Positions 1 through 10,155 of a stretch of 64,000 nt of DNA are shown here, piece after piece (position 1 is the first letter of the stretch; each line of letters opens with the position of its first letter). The translations under genes were made by a program, and so were the position numbers. Source of the DNA: Rhodothermales bacterium (lineage in GTDB: Bacteria; Bacteroidota; Rhodothermia; Rhodothermales; VXPQ01); NCBI GenBank assembly GCA_040904565.1, contig JBBDTI010000075.1, positions 170,508 through 234,507 on the forward strand, read 5' to 3'. A model generated the notes under the pieces. That model made no database searches, was not told where the DNA came from, and saw only the letters and a program-made list of their open reading frames with translations.

Positions 1-53
1 ACGGTAGACACGGATGCCGGACGTCCCGGCTGCTACTTAATCCACAAAGCTGC

Positions 54-2699
54 TCATTCCACAATGTCGAGGAGTAACCGTTGGGCTTCTCGGAAGTCCG
101 GCGCGGCCTCCAGGGCGCGCAAGACGGCCCGTTTGGCTTCCGCAGAGCGGCCGGCGTGCCGCAGGCTGCGCGCCATGGCGTAGAATGCGCCGGCGCGGTC
201 GGGCGGATTCAGCGCGACGACGGCTCGCCGATGCCGTACGGCCTCATCGTAGCGCCCCATCGATTCATAGAGCTCGGCGAGGTGCTCCCGTACGTCGGCA
301 TCATACGGAATGACGTACAGCGTCTGCGCCAGCACCGCAGCGGATCGTGACGATTCGTCGCGCGCCTCGTACAGCGCGGCAAGCTCGAGGGCGGCGTCCG
401 TTTCATGCTCCGCCCGGCTCAGGTACTCCGTCAGGATCTCCACGAGCGCTTCTTCATTGTCCATAGCACGGTACACGGAGGCGAGTCCCTCGTACGCGTT
501 CCCGGGCCCGACGTACCCATCGTACATGGAAAGCGCGCGCTGGAAGGCCGTCTCAGCCGCCCCGTACTGCTCGTCGGCAAGGTAGGCGCCTCCTTCACGC
601 AGCGTCTCGAAGAAGGGACCTCGCGCCGCGCCGATGGATTCAGACGTGATCTCCGCCTCCTCGTCGCCGAGCACGTCGGGCAGCCCCTCGAGAGCCTGCC
701 GGGCCGCGTTCGCTTCCCGGCGCATGGCGTCCAGGAAGCCGCGGTCGATCTCCGCGACGTCGGCGCCGGTAGCCTGCGCGAGGGCCTCCTCGTCGGATGC
801 CCCCTCACGAAGTGCATGCAGCATGTCCACGATGGCCTCGAACCCGTACGTGTCGGCGACATATTTGACGAGCCTGCCGGCGTGGTAATAGGACAGCTGA
901 ATCTGGCCCGGGAACGACGGCCTCGTGAAGCCGCGATCGATCTGTTCGAGGGGCAGCAAGAGGTCCCGCTCGAGGGCCGAGAAGAAGCCGAGGTCCATCT
1001 CCCGTGCCCATTCCGGCCGTGCGCGCTGCTCTTCGTAGACGGACAGGCCCTCCGTGAACCAACGCGGCACGTTGTTCTCCGAAACCCCCATCGCCATCGT
1101 GTGAGCTATTTCGTGCCAGAGCGTGCGCGCCCAGTTATAGGGGCGCCCGGTCTGTGCGCGGGGCGTGTTGACGGCCAGCACGTCCCCGAAACTCACGCCC
1201 AGGAGTCCACGGTGCGGCACCCCCGCGATGCGTACGGCAAAATCGTCGGCATCACCATAGGCCTCGATGAGGATCTTGCCGGACGGCTCATACGGATAAC
1301 GCGCTCTCAGCGAATCGAAACTTTCCTCCGCCACGGCCAGCATGTCCGCGCCCAACACGTCTCGCTCGTCGTCGTGGATCAAGAGCCGGAAGTGCTCGCT
1401 CTCCAGCGTCGAAAAATTCTCGTAGCCATCCAGCAGCGTCAGCATGTTGGAGGCGTAGAGATTAAAGGGGTCGCCGTCGAAGGCCGCCTCGAGATGCCGT
1501 CGGGCCTCCTCACGCTGACCGAGCCGGAGCAGCGCCGTCCCCAGCTCGGCGCGCGCCTGAAGGTCCGTCCGGTTCACCTCGACGGCCCGACGGGCGAACG
1601 ACGCCGCGTCTACGTAGCGGAAGCGAAGCGTCGCATTCTCGGCGAGCTCGAGATAGAAGTCACTGGCCTGCGGGTCGACCTCCAGGGCACGTCGCTCGGC
1701 TCCCTTAAACGCGGCCGTATCCCCCCGCAAGTGATGGACGGACGCGAGCTGCGCCAGGGCGGAGATGGACGCCGGATTTACCTGAAGGGCGCGCCGCGCC
1801 ATCACCTCGGCTTCATCATACTGCCCATCCAGCACGCGGAGTCCGGCCAGTAGGGTGAGCGCATCCACGGCGTTCGGGTTGATGGAGCGCGCATTCCCAG
1901 CCAGCTCCTCCTTCCGTTCGAAGTTGGACGACAGGCGGGCCAGGCCGATCAATGAAGGCGCGTGTCGTTCGTTGAGCCGGAGAGCGTCTTCGAAGGTACG
2001 GGTCGCATCGGCCTCGTTATACTTTGTCCGAAACAATTCCGCCCAGAAGTACAGGTTGTCCACGTCCTGCCCGTCCAATCGAAAGGCGGTACGGAAGGCC
2101 TCGTTCGCGTCACGAAATTCACCGACCTCGGCCGCGGCGCGTGCACCTGCCGTCAACGTATGGGCCGTACGGAAGGTACCCTGCTTGTACTGCTGGTAGA
2201 CCGTTCGGTAAATGGATTGTGCCTGCCGATCCCGGCCGGTGCGAGCAAACAACTCGGCGATATCTACGCCACCCGTCCACAGATCGTTTTTCAGCGTAAG
2301 CGCCTCGCGAAAGTCCGACTCTGCCTCCTCGTACCGACCGACGGCGACGAGCAGGCGGCCTCTCGCCTGATAGAGCCGCGGCGCGTCGGACGCCGCCGCG
2401 ATCAGCTCCGCTAAACGCTCCACGCCGACCTCATACGCTCCGGTCAAAAGGAACGTCTGCGCATAGTCCAGCGCACCGTCGTGGTGGGGTGTCTCATCGA
2501 GCAGGCTTCGAAGGACGTTCCGTGCCTCCTCGTACCGGCCTGCGTTCAGAAGATCGTCCCCCGCGCGATACAGGCTGTCCGCATCCGCCCCGCCCGCACC
2601 CACCGCCTGCGCATAGCCGACACGGACAGGCGACGCGGCCATCAGGCACAATACGGCAGCGGATACGAACGCTCGAAGAGAGATGAGACGAGATTGCAT
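54..2699 (-). CDS. Secreted TPR-repeat protein with central peptidase MA-like (gluzincin) domain
   Basis: 881-aa ORF with N-terminal signal peptide. Many TPR-like helical repeats flank TLWHEIAHT (HExxH) followed by PRWFTEGLSVYEE. Confidence 0.8.
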   Translation of the reverse strand: MQSRLISLRAFVSAAVLCLMAASPVRVGYAQAVGAGGADADSLYRAGDDLLNAGRYEEARNVLRSLLDETPHHDGALDYAQTFLLTGAYEVGVERLAELIAAASDAPRLYQARGRLLVAVGRYEEAESDFREALTLKNDLWTGGVDIAELFARTGRDRQAQSIYRTVYQQYKQGTFRTAHTLTAGARAAAEVGEFRDANEAFRTAFRLDGQDVDNLYFWAELFRTKYNEADATRTFEDALRLNERHAPSLIGLARLSSNFERKEELAGNARSINPNAVDALTLLAGLRVLDGQYDEAEVMARRALQVNPASISALAQLASVHHLRGDTAAFKGAERRALEVDPQASDFYLELAENATLRFRYVDAASFARRAVEVNRTDLQARAELGTALLRLGQREEARRHLEAAFDGDPFNLYASNMLTLLDGYENFSTLESEHFRLLIHDDERDVLGADMLAVAEESFDSLRARYPYEPSGKILIEAYGDADDFAVRIAGVPHRGLLGVSFGDVLAVNTPRAQTGRPYNWARTLWHEIAHTMAMGVSENNVPRWFTEGLSVYEEQRARPEWAREMDLGFFSALERDLLLPLEQIDRGFTRPSFPGQIQLSYYHAGRLVKYVADTYGFEAIVDMLHALREGASDEEALAQATGADVAEIDRGFLDAMRREANAARQALEGLPDVLGDEEAEITSESIGAARGPFFETLREGGAYLADEQYGAAETAFQRALSMYDGYVGPGNAYEGLASVYRAMDNEEALVEILTEYLSRAEHETDAALELAALYEARDESSRSAAVLAQTLYVIPYDADVREHLAELYESMGRYDEAVRHRRAVVALNPPDRAGAFYAMARSLRHAGRSAEAKRAVLRALEAAPDFREAQRLLLDIVE

Positions 2700-3243
2700 G
2701 CTTGTCGCTGGCCGTTGAACCTCTTACTACGCGCTCACGAAAGCGCCGGCGACGACGGGGCGGGCCCACCGACGGTCGCGCGACGTACCGACAGATATTT
2801 CCGGCTGACAGACGGACTACCCGTGTCGGACGACCTCGCTTAGCCGATCTGCGCCGGCAACGACGCTCCGTCCACGCCATGCAGTCCATCCCATCCAACA
2901 GGAAACAACGGAGCCTGGATGGCGATGTATGGATGGCAGCGACCGGTATCGAAAGCGCGATCGATCTATAGAGATAAAGACCGGAGCCCCAACCTTCGTT
3001 CCCTCTTCACAATGCAACGTTACGAAATGCACTCCAATGTCGTAGATGGAGGGAGGGCTCTTCAGCGCCTGACGCGAACGCCTCGTACTATGGTGCGACG
3101 GATCGACTTCGCGATGCCGATCGATCCATTAGGACGCCATTCTCTAGGCCGCACGACATCAACGTCCAGCCGTGACGCCGTTGCGGATTCGGCATCATTG
3201 CGGTAACATACACCACGACTTCTCTCTCAACTAGCATCCGCCC

Positions 3244-4263
3244 ATGCGATCCGCCATGCTCCCGGCCGTGATAGCCCTCCTCGGTCTCACGGCCACCTCC
3301 GCACCGGCCCAGAACGCCGCCCCGTCGATGACGGAAGCCGCAACGGCCTTTCTGGCGCTGCTCGACGAAGACGACGCCCGACAGGCCATGATGCCGTTCG
3401 ATGGCGACGAGCGCTTCAATTTTCATTTTACGCCCGTTCCGCGAAAGGGGTTGACGCTGAAGGACATGTCGCTGGACCAGCGGAGGGCCGTACATGCGCT
3501 GCTTCGAAGTGGACTGAGTTCTCGGGGATACCTCAAGGCGACGAGCGTGATGCAGCTCGAGAACATCCTCCGGCAGATCGAAGAGCCAGGGTGGACGCGC
3601 GACCGGGCCCTGTACTACGTCAGCATCTTCGGCACGCCTTTAGAGGACGAACCGTGGGGCTGGCGCCTCGAAGGCCACCACCTCTCTCTCAACTACACGT
3701 CGGTGTCGGACGCATTGACCGTCACCACGCCCGCGTTCTACGGGTCCAATCCGGCCGAAGTACGGACCGGCCCGACGGCCGGACTCCGCGTGCTCGGAGC
3801 CGAAGAGGACCTGGCCCGCCACCTCGTCTCCCTGCTGAATGCGGAGCAGCGCAGGCTGGCCGTCATCAACGAGGCGGCGCCACGCGACATCATCACGGGG
3901 AACGATCGCTCCGCACAACTGGAAGGGTATGAGGGACTGGCCGCAGCCGAGATGACGACGGAACAGAAGGAGGCGCTGTGGCGCCTCATTAGGGAGTACA
4001 CGGGCAACCAGCAGCCCGAGCTCGCCGAGCAGTACCTTGAGAAAGTCGAACGCGCGGGGATCGAGTCGTTTTACTTCGCGTGGGCCGGCGGACTCGACCG
4101 CGGCGACCAGCACTATTACCGCGTCCACGGTCCCACGCTGCTCATCGAATACGACAACACCCAGGGTGACGGCAACCACGTCCACTCCGTCCTCCGCGAC
4201 CTGGAGAACGACTTCGGCGGCGACCTGCTTCGCAGGCACTACGAAGAGCATACGCACGACTGA
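3244..4263 (+). CDS. DUF3500 family secreted protein
   Basis: Signal peptide; family-typical motifs WGWRLEGHHLSLN and YYRVHGPTLLIEYDN..NHVHSVLRD..NDFG. Confidence 0.85.
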   Translation: MRSAMLPAVIALLGLTATSAPAQNAAPSMTEAATAFLALLDEDDARQAMMPFDGDERFNFHFTPVPRKGLTLKDMSLDQRRAVHALLRSGLSSRGYLKATSVMQLENILRQIEEPGWTRDRALYYVSIFGTPLEDEPWGWRLEGHHLSLNYTSVSDALTVTTPAFYGSNPAEVRTGPTAGLRVLGAEEDLARHLVSLLNAEQRRLAVINEAAPRDIITGNDRSAQLEGYEGLAAAEMTTEQKEALWRLIREYTGNQQPELAEQYLEKVERAGIESFYFAWAGGLDRGDQHYYRVHGPTLLIEYDNTQGDGNHVHSVLRDLENDFGGDLLRRHYEEHTHD

Positions 4264-4298
4264 TATCTTCGCGATAGCACGCGTGTGAGGTCAGACGG

Positions 4299-5072
4299 CT
4301 AGATCTGCGAGTAGACCGTCGGCCGAAGTATGAAATCGCTGATGGCGGAAACCGTCTCGGCGTAGTACGGATTGGCGCTGAGCTCCGCCCAGTCCGGGTG
4401 CGCCCGAAATCGATCCCAGGCCGCGTCGCGTTCCGCCATGTTCTCGAAGGCGAGCATGTAGGTCAGATTGGGAAGCTGATCCCCGATCAACGATTCCCCG
4501 AAGAAGACGGGATGCAGTCCGACCTCACGAAAGATCGAAATCTCTCCGTTATTGAACATTTCGATCTTCCGGAGCGCGGCCTCGTCCGTCGGACTCTCGT
4601 AAAATCGCAGTTCGAAGAGTCGTCCGTCCGTGCCGACGGGCGTTTCGATCCTTTCCATTCCGTCGAACGCTTTCAACAGTGAGCTTTCATAGCGGACGTA
4701 ACCCGGATCGGCCATGGATCGCTCAAGAAAAGAGGCCCCCGCCCGCACATACTCATCGTCCGCCGCAAGCCGGCGCCGCAGCGTCTCGACCGACTCGAGG
4801 GAGGGATGCGGCAGCAGGACGTACACAGACGGACGGTTCGGTCCATACGCGACACTGAACCCTCCCACCGGTTCGATACCCAGCCGGTTGTATGCCGGGA
4901 CGGCCACCTCCCCGAGGAATTCGTGCAATGCGTTCTGCTTCGAATTATTCAGCAGGTGGTAGCGTCGCAGTTCGAAATATTGCGGCACCATTGACGAACC
5001 GGATCCGAAAGCAACCGTGTGGGCCAGTGGGGCCCCCAGCATCGATGAAGTAATAAATCTGCGTCTATCCAT
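4299..5072 (-). CDS. NIPSNAP family protein (two domains) with twin-arginine leader
   Basis: MDRRRF Tat motif; YFELRRY and LFELRFYES..LTYMLAF...RDAAWDRFRAHPDW NIPSNAP motifs. Confidence 0.85.
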   Translation of the reverse strand: MDRRRFITSSMLGAPLAHTVAFGSGSSMVPQYFELRRYHLLNNSKQNALHEFLGEVAVPAYNRLGIEPVGGFSVAYGPNRPSVYVLLPHPSLESVETLRRRLAADDEYVRAGASFLERSMADPGYVRYESSLLKAFDGMERIETPVGTDGRLFELRFYESPTDEAALRKIEMFNNGEISIFREVGLHPVFFGESLIGDQLPNLTYMLAFENMAERDAAWDRFRAHPDWAELSANPYYAETVSAISDFILRPTVYSQI

Positions 5073-5206
5073 TCCTGTGTTCAGACTGCTTATAAGGGGT
5101 ACCTGCCGGCCCGTCGCCTGCGGTAGAACCAGAGGCGGCTCGGGCCGGGGTGATTACGACGCTGCCATGCCGGCAACGGCGATCCGACGGCTATATTTCG
5201 CCGGCC

Positions 5207-5535
5207 TCACTCCGGCTGCGCCCAATCCGGATCCGGCGTGTTCGGGTCGAACAGCTCGTCGACGTAGTATTCCCGCCAGTGCTCTCATTTGCCCCTCCGA
5301 TACCGCACAGCTCGCCACCTCTACCGCTTACAACGTCTTCGGTCGTGATAACGAGCTGACCCGGCTTGAAAAGATGTCCGGTCCTTCCCCGGGCTCCAGC
5401 TTCGGCGAGGAACGTGTCGACGTGCCGCCGAATCTCGACCTTTGGATCGACGTCTTCTTCCGCCTCACCACTCTGAAGCACGTCGCAACTCGTGAGCATC
5501 AGCAGCACGAGCAGGATCCAGGCCCTCCCTCCCAT
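5207..5535 (-). pseudogene. Probable lipoprotein gene remnant with internal deletion/frameshift
   Basis: ATG 5535 with lipobox LMLTSC. The protein-like N-terminus degenerates near 5290. A second frame (5284-5207) reads EHWREYYVDELFDPNTPDPDWAQPE-stop. Confidence 0.55.
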
Positions 5536-5607
5536 CCGTAGGGCCTCCATCGGTAACATCATGAAGGAATGCTTTGCAATCGGGCGCAAGATACGGCATG
5601 CGTGGAT

Positions 5608-6066
5608 CTACTTCTCAGGATCGGCGGGCCGCTCGATGCCCTTGTTGTCCCATTTCCAGACCACGAAGTGAAGCGGCGCCGACCCCGTATTGGTGATGCC
5701 GTGGACGTCCCATGGCGCCGCATACAGCATGTCTCCCGCGGCGGCGGGGAAGTCCTCCCCATTCAGATGCCACGTCCCCTCGCCCTGCGTGACCAGCATG
5801 TACTCTTCTTCCGTGTGTCGATGCGGCGGATGGATCTCCATGCCCGCGTTGATGACCGCAACGGCCGCCAGGGCGTTCTCCGTACCGAACGTTTCGCCCT
5901 CGAAGTAGCTGAACAACGTTCCCCAGTCGAAGTCGTCTCGGCTCGCCTCCGCTTCGGCCACGACGGCCGACGATACGGGAGGCTGCATCCGGGATCCCAG
6001 TGCGATGCCCACGGCGAAGACGAGCGCCACTCCAAGTAGCGCAGTGCCGGTCTTAACGATTTTCAT
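5608..6066 (-). CDS. Cupin domain protein, exported or membrane-anchored
   Basis: HPPHRHTEEE...GDMLYAAPWDVHG cupin metal motifs; hydrophobic N-terminus. Confidence 0.85.
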   Translation of the reverse strand: MKIVKTGTALLGVALVFAVGIALGSRMQPPVSSAVVAEAEASRDDFDWGTLFSYFEGETFGTENALAAVAVINAGMEIHPPHRHTEEEYMLVTQGEGTWHLNGEDFPAAAGDMLYAAPWDVHGITNTGSAPLHFVVWKWDNKGIERPADPEK

Positions 6067-6169
6067 GTCGATCTATTGGTATCTGGTTGAGGCAATTGGA
6101 CGATGGGCCGGACGATCATGGGCCGCCATGCTGCCGGTCCGGCGCCGCCCGGCAGGTCGGTCGGGCACG

Positions 6170-7666
6170 TCATTCCGTATCCGAATACCATTCCGGCGTA
6201 CCGAACCAATCGTGCATCTCCTGCTCGAACGGTTCAACGACGTACGCCGGTTCCGGATAGATGCCCTGGTCTCCCGTTTCCACGATCCACGTATCGAGCG
6301 CCGCGCGCATACGTTCGAGAACGGCCCGATGCTCCGGGTCGCCGGATTCCGCGAGATTATTGATCTCGTGGGGATCCGCCTGCGTGTCGTAGAGCTCCTC
6401 GTACGGCAGCGGCTCCATGAGGGCCGCGGCGGGTCCCATGAGTTCGTCCTCGAAATGCATCTCGCGCATGAGCTGCTTGATGAGAAAGCATTTTTCCTTG
6501 TACCGGTTCAGCGACGCGAAGCCCATCTCCGGCATGTAATTGCGGAGGTAGTGATAGCGCTCGCCTCGAACGGATCGGATCCGGCTTACGGTCTCGTCGA
6601 TGCGATCGCGCATGCTGAACGCATAGGTGCGTTCCGGATCCGGGCGGTCGCCCAGAAAGAGGCGGCTCTGCATACCCAGGGGGCGTTCGATACCCGCCAT
6701 CCAGAGCGTCGTCGCGGTCAAATCGAGCAGGCTGATGACGTCGTCGATCGCGGCGCCGGGCTCGTACTGCGGGGGTGCCGGGTAATTCTCCGGCCAGTGA
6801 ACGATCATCGGCACGTGAATGCCGGGGTCCCAGAGCCAGTGGATGCCGCGCGGCGTGAGCCGGCCGTTGTCTCCAAAGAAGACGATAATCGTATTGTCCG
6901 CCACCCCGTCCTCCTCCAGCTGCTCGAGGATCCAACCTACGCGCACGTCCATCCCCGAGATCGAGTTGAGGTACCGGGCCCACTCCTCGCGCACGATCTC
7001 ATGATCGGGGTAGTACGGAGGCGGATTCACATTGTCCACCGTGGCCACCTGTGGATGCCACTCCTCCCCTACGAACGGCACGCGTTCCTTTTCGGCGGAC
7101 TGACCATCGTAGATGTCGTATTCGACCTCCGGCATGTTGATCGTTGCAAAGAAAGGCTCGTTGTCCTTCAGCTTCGACCAATCCTGCGAATCGTAGAGCG
7201 GTCCTTCATTGACGAAATTGAGGTCGAGCTTCCCCGTGCCGGCCACCCGGTCGCCGATGTTGACGATATTCGCCGTGTAATAGCCGACGTCGGCGAGTCG
7301 ATGCGTAAGCGGACGCACTCCCGGCGGCAGGCGATAGTCGTCGTCCCGGTGCGACCGCATGTTGTGGGTGTCCGTCGTGTTCTGATACATGCCCGTCATG
7401 AAGGCGGACCGGCTCGGAGCACAGACCCCCGACGTGGCGAACACGTTCGTGAAGCGAATGCCCTCGGCGGCCAGGCCATCGATGTTCGGGGTCTCCACGT
7501 TCTCTGCGCCGTAAACCCCGAGATCGAGCGCGATATTCTCGCCTACGATCCAGAGAATATTCGGACGATCGGGCGGTTCGGAGGCCTCTACCGGCGCGGT
7601 CTCGTCCGCGCCAAACAGGCTGGTCGCGAGCAGTATGGTCGTCAGTACCAGTTTGATCGATGTCAT
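6170..7666 (-). CDS. Sulfatase (S1 family, Cys-type formylglycine)
   Basis: RPNILWI, CAPSRS (CxPxR), GDNG and EELYD..DPHEINNLA motifs. Start moved to ATG 7666 (MTSIKLVL signal peptide). Confidence 0.9.
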   Translation of the reverse strand: MTSIKLVLTTILLATSLFGADETAPVEASEPPDRPNILWIVGENIALDLGVYGAENVETPNIDGLAAEGIRFTNVFATSGVCAPSRSAFMTGMYQNTTDTHNMRSHRDDDYRLPPGVRPLTHRLADVGYYTANIVNIGDRVAGTGKLDLNFVNEGPLYDSQDWSKLKDNEPFFATINMPEVEYDIYDGQSAEKERVPFVGEEWHPQVATVDNVNPPPYYPDHEIVREEWARYLNSISGMDVRVGWILEQLEEDGVADNTIIVFFGDNGRLTPRGIHWLWDPGIHVPMIVHWPENYPAPPQYEPGAAIDDVISLLDLTATTLWMAGIERPLGMQSRLFLGDRPDPERTYAFSMRDRIDETVSRIRSVRGERYHYLRNYMPEMGFASLNRYKEKCFLIKQLMREMHFEDELMGPAAALMEPLPYEELYDTQADPHEINNLAESGDPEHRAVLERMRAALDTWIVETGDQGIYPEPAYVVEPFEQEMHDWFGTPEWYSDTE

Positions 7667-7983
7667 GTCTACGATTCGGTGGATTTGTGGATGACTCCTT
7701 ACGAACGCGCCTGGAGCGCTGCGTACCGTCCGTTCGCCCGGCGAACATAACCGAGAGTACGTTGAAGATGCACGATAGCGATGACGACAGCAAGGCATCC
7801 CGCCAGAATGCTCGTCAGCCAACCGGGCCTCACCGGCTTCGTTCGTCCTGGACGCGTAGACGTTCTGAAGGCCTTAGCGGCCATCGGACGACGCTCCGGC
7901 TTCCGATTGGGAAGCCCCTCTCCATTCGGGTCGCCCGTCGCCGTAACATGGGCCCAATAGGACGATGTCCAGTTAATCCGCTT

Positions 7984-8562
7984 CTATTCGATGCGCTGCG
8001 TAATGCCGTGCTGACGCCGGATTTCAGCCATCTCTTCAGCATCCATGGGCACGCAATCCGTGCCCGGCGGCACGCCGATATCCCTGAAGAACCCTTCCAG
8101 GCCGGGCGGCGACACCACCCATACCAGATTTACATTTTCGCTCGCCGCGTTCTCGACCCCGTGCCATACGCCCCGCGGCACGTATACGGTCGTCCCCGGC
8201 CCTACGGCCACGGACGAATCGCCGAAGACGCCCGTCGCCCGCCCTTCGTGGATGAAGAGGATCTCATCCTGATGTTCGTGCCGGTGAACCGGAATCAACT
8301 CGCCTCCCGGCAGCGTCTGCGTACCCATGGCGAGACGCGTGGAACCCGTGGTCTGCGGATCAGCCTTGATAACCCATCGCGCATCCGCGGACGACTCCTC
8401 CCGGCACGGCACCAGCACCTCGCCGTCGTCGGGAAACATGACGTACCCCATCGTATCGCGCACCGCCGCGTCGTAGGCTGACGCCGCGCTGTCTCCCTCC
8501 GGCTGCCCGCAGGCCGTCACGAACAAGAGCGCAGCTGCAGCCCATCCCCATATTCCAGTCAT
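7984..8562 (-). CDS. Cupin domain lipoprotein
   Basis: Lipobox FVTAC; IPVHRHEHQDE...VPRGVWHGVEN cupin motifs. Confidence 0.85.
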   Translation of the reverse strand: MTGIWGWAAAALLFVTACGQPEGDSAASAYDAAVRDTMGYVMFPDDGEVLVPCREESSADARWVIKADPQTTGSTRLAMGTQTLPGGELIPVHRHEHQDEILFIHEGRATGVFGDSSVAVGPGTTVYVPRGVWHGVENAASENVNLVWVVSPPGLEGFFRDIGVPPGTDCVPMDAEEMAEIRRQHGITQRIE

Positions 8563-8743
8563 GGTACGTCCTCCGCAAAAGTCATCAGGCTATGGCATTC
8601 GGCGGACCGACTGCCGTCCGTACGCAGGGTAAGACCCGGTGAGTACGTGTGGAGACCCTGCTGCCACGCAGACCCTATGCGTACTCATTTTCCACGACTG
8701 CTCGTGATGCTATTACTGATGGAATGCGCATACTGACGGAAGG

Positions 8744-9607
8744 CTAGTACTGATGAAACGCCTGCGAGACGAAATGGAGCACGGACGGCAGCGACTCACG
8801 CCAGTAGGTCCACGTGTGGCCGCCGTCGCGAATTCGGAACTCATGAGGGATGCCCCGTTGACGCATGGCTATATGCACGAGCGAATTTCCTTCGTAAAGA
8901 AAATCGTCGTCGCCGCAGTCGATATACCAGCGCACCGACGAAATGTCGTCCTCCGGCAGGCTGCGAACGAGCTCCACGGCACTGTGACGTTCAAAGTACG
9001 TCTGTAGCCGCTCCTCCGAGACGGCGTTTGCTTCTTCACCCAGTCGTTCCCGGAGGTCTTCAAGCGTCAGCGAGCCCGTGCTGGCGCTCAGCGGCGCGGC
9101 GGATGAGAACATGTCTGGACGGTGCAGTGAATACATGAACGAACCGCCCCCGCCCATGGAGAGCCCGGCCACGGCACGGTACCGTTTTTCGCTCTTGATG
9201 CGGTACGTCGACTCGACGTACGGAATGAACTCATCAAAAAAGAAATCTTCGTAGCGCCACTCCCCCGCCACGTCGTTGAAATAGCCCCTGCGACCTTCAC
9301 TGGCGTCGGGCATGACAATAACCATCGGCGTGGCCTTCCCTTCCTCGATCACTCTATCGGCAATATGGCGCACCTCGCCGAACTGCACCCATCCGGTCTG
9401 GTCGTCTCCGCCGCCATGGAGCAGATACAGGACGGGATAGCTGCGCTCGGACGTGTCGTAGTCCGGCGGAAGGTAAACGGCATACCGCCGTTCGCCGTCG
9501 AGGATGTCGCTGCTCATAGACAGATTGTCGAACACCTTGCTGAACTGCGCCAGTACGGTGGCGGGCAAGAACAGGCCAAGCAGGATTACGGTGGCATATC
9601 GGTGCAT
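8744..9607 (-). CDS. Secreted esterase (alpha/beta hydrolase, CE1-like)
   Basis: VYLPPDY, YPVLYLLHG, GLSMGG nucleophile elbow, DCGDDDFL and GGHTWTYW motifs. Likely start ATG 9607. Confidence 0.88.
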   Translation of the reverse strand: MHRYATVILLGLFLPATVLAQFSKVFDNLSMSSDILDGERRYAVYLPPDYDTSERSYPVLYLLHGGGDDQTGWVQFGEVRHIADRVIEEGKATPMVIVMPDASEGRRGYFNDVAGEWRYEDFFFDEFIPYVESTYRIKSEKRYRAVAGLSMGGGGSFMYSLHRPDMFSSAAPLSASTGSLTLEDLRERLGEEANAVSEERLQTYFERHSAVELVRSLPEDDISSVRWYIDCGDDDFLYEGNSLVHIAMRQRGIPHEFRIRDGGHTWTYWRESLPSVLHFVSQAFHQY

Positions 9608-9702
9608 TATCACGGTTCGACAATCCAGTTTGTGAAGGGCAGGAACTGACTGCAATAAACGGATCCCGCGAACGGATCGCTATGGGATCACGACAGACGA
9701 CG

Positions 9703-10155
9703 TCACGTGCGACGCGCCAGGTACTTCCGGATACCTGCAAACGTCTCCTTCCATCCGGTCACGCACGCGTCGTAGAACGCATCGGCCTCCTTTCCGGCCG
9801 GAAACCCATCTTGCTCAACGCGGAGCGTGCAGCCGCCATCGGATGCCGTGACGCTGAAGGTGACCCTGAAATCGGCTTCGAACGGCGGCTGGCCCTCGCG
9901 GGCATGGTAGCGATAATCAGTCAAAACCATGCGCCGCGGCGGTTCAAACGATTCAATGGTCGCGACGCTCACGTAATCGGGATCGTCCTCGGTCCCGCCC
10001 CAGACGGCAGCCCAGATGCCTCCGTTCTCGGGAAGAACGATGGCGCGGTCGGCGCCCCACCATCCTCGGATGGCGCTCGGCGTATGCAGCAGCGCAAAGA
10101 CATCCTGAGGTGCGACGGCGAACGATTCCTCGTGTACGTGTTTTCTTGTTTCCAT
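9703..10155 (-). CDS. SRPBCC/AHSA1 (START-like) domain protein
   Basis: VFALL....IRGWWG, FEPPRRMVL and C-terminal GW..TFAGIRKYL helix. Confidence 0.8.
   Translation of the reverse strand: METRKHVHEESFAVAPQDVFALLHTPSAIRGWWGADRAIVLPENGGIWAAVWGGTEDDPDYVSVATIESFEPPRRMVLTDYRYHAREGQPPFEADFRVTFSVTASDGGCTLRVEQDGFPAGKEADAFYDACVTGWKETFAGIRKYLARRT

Noticed and set aside
405-1853. Long antisense ORFs (also 6005-7750, 19953-21197, 29264-30574, 32173-33654, 35713-39748, 56187-57476)
   Set aside because: They shadow well-supported opposite-strand genes, which is expected in high-GC DNA, and show no recognisable motifs.
2700-3243. Short ORFs and small hairpins in a 540-nt divergent intergenic region
   Set aside because: No protein-like motifs and no recognisable ncRNA or riboswitch consensus.
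7699-7884. 61-aa ORF with a hydrophobic stretch upstream of the sulfatase
   Set aside because: No supporting homology or signals; cannot be distinguished from chance.
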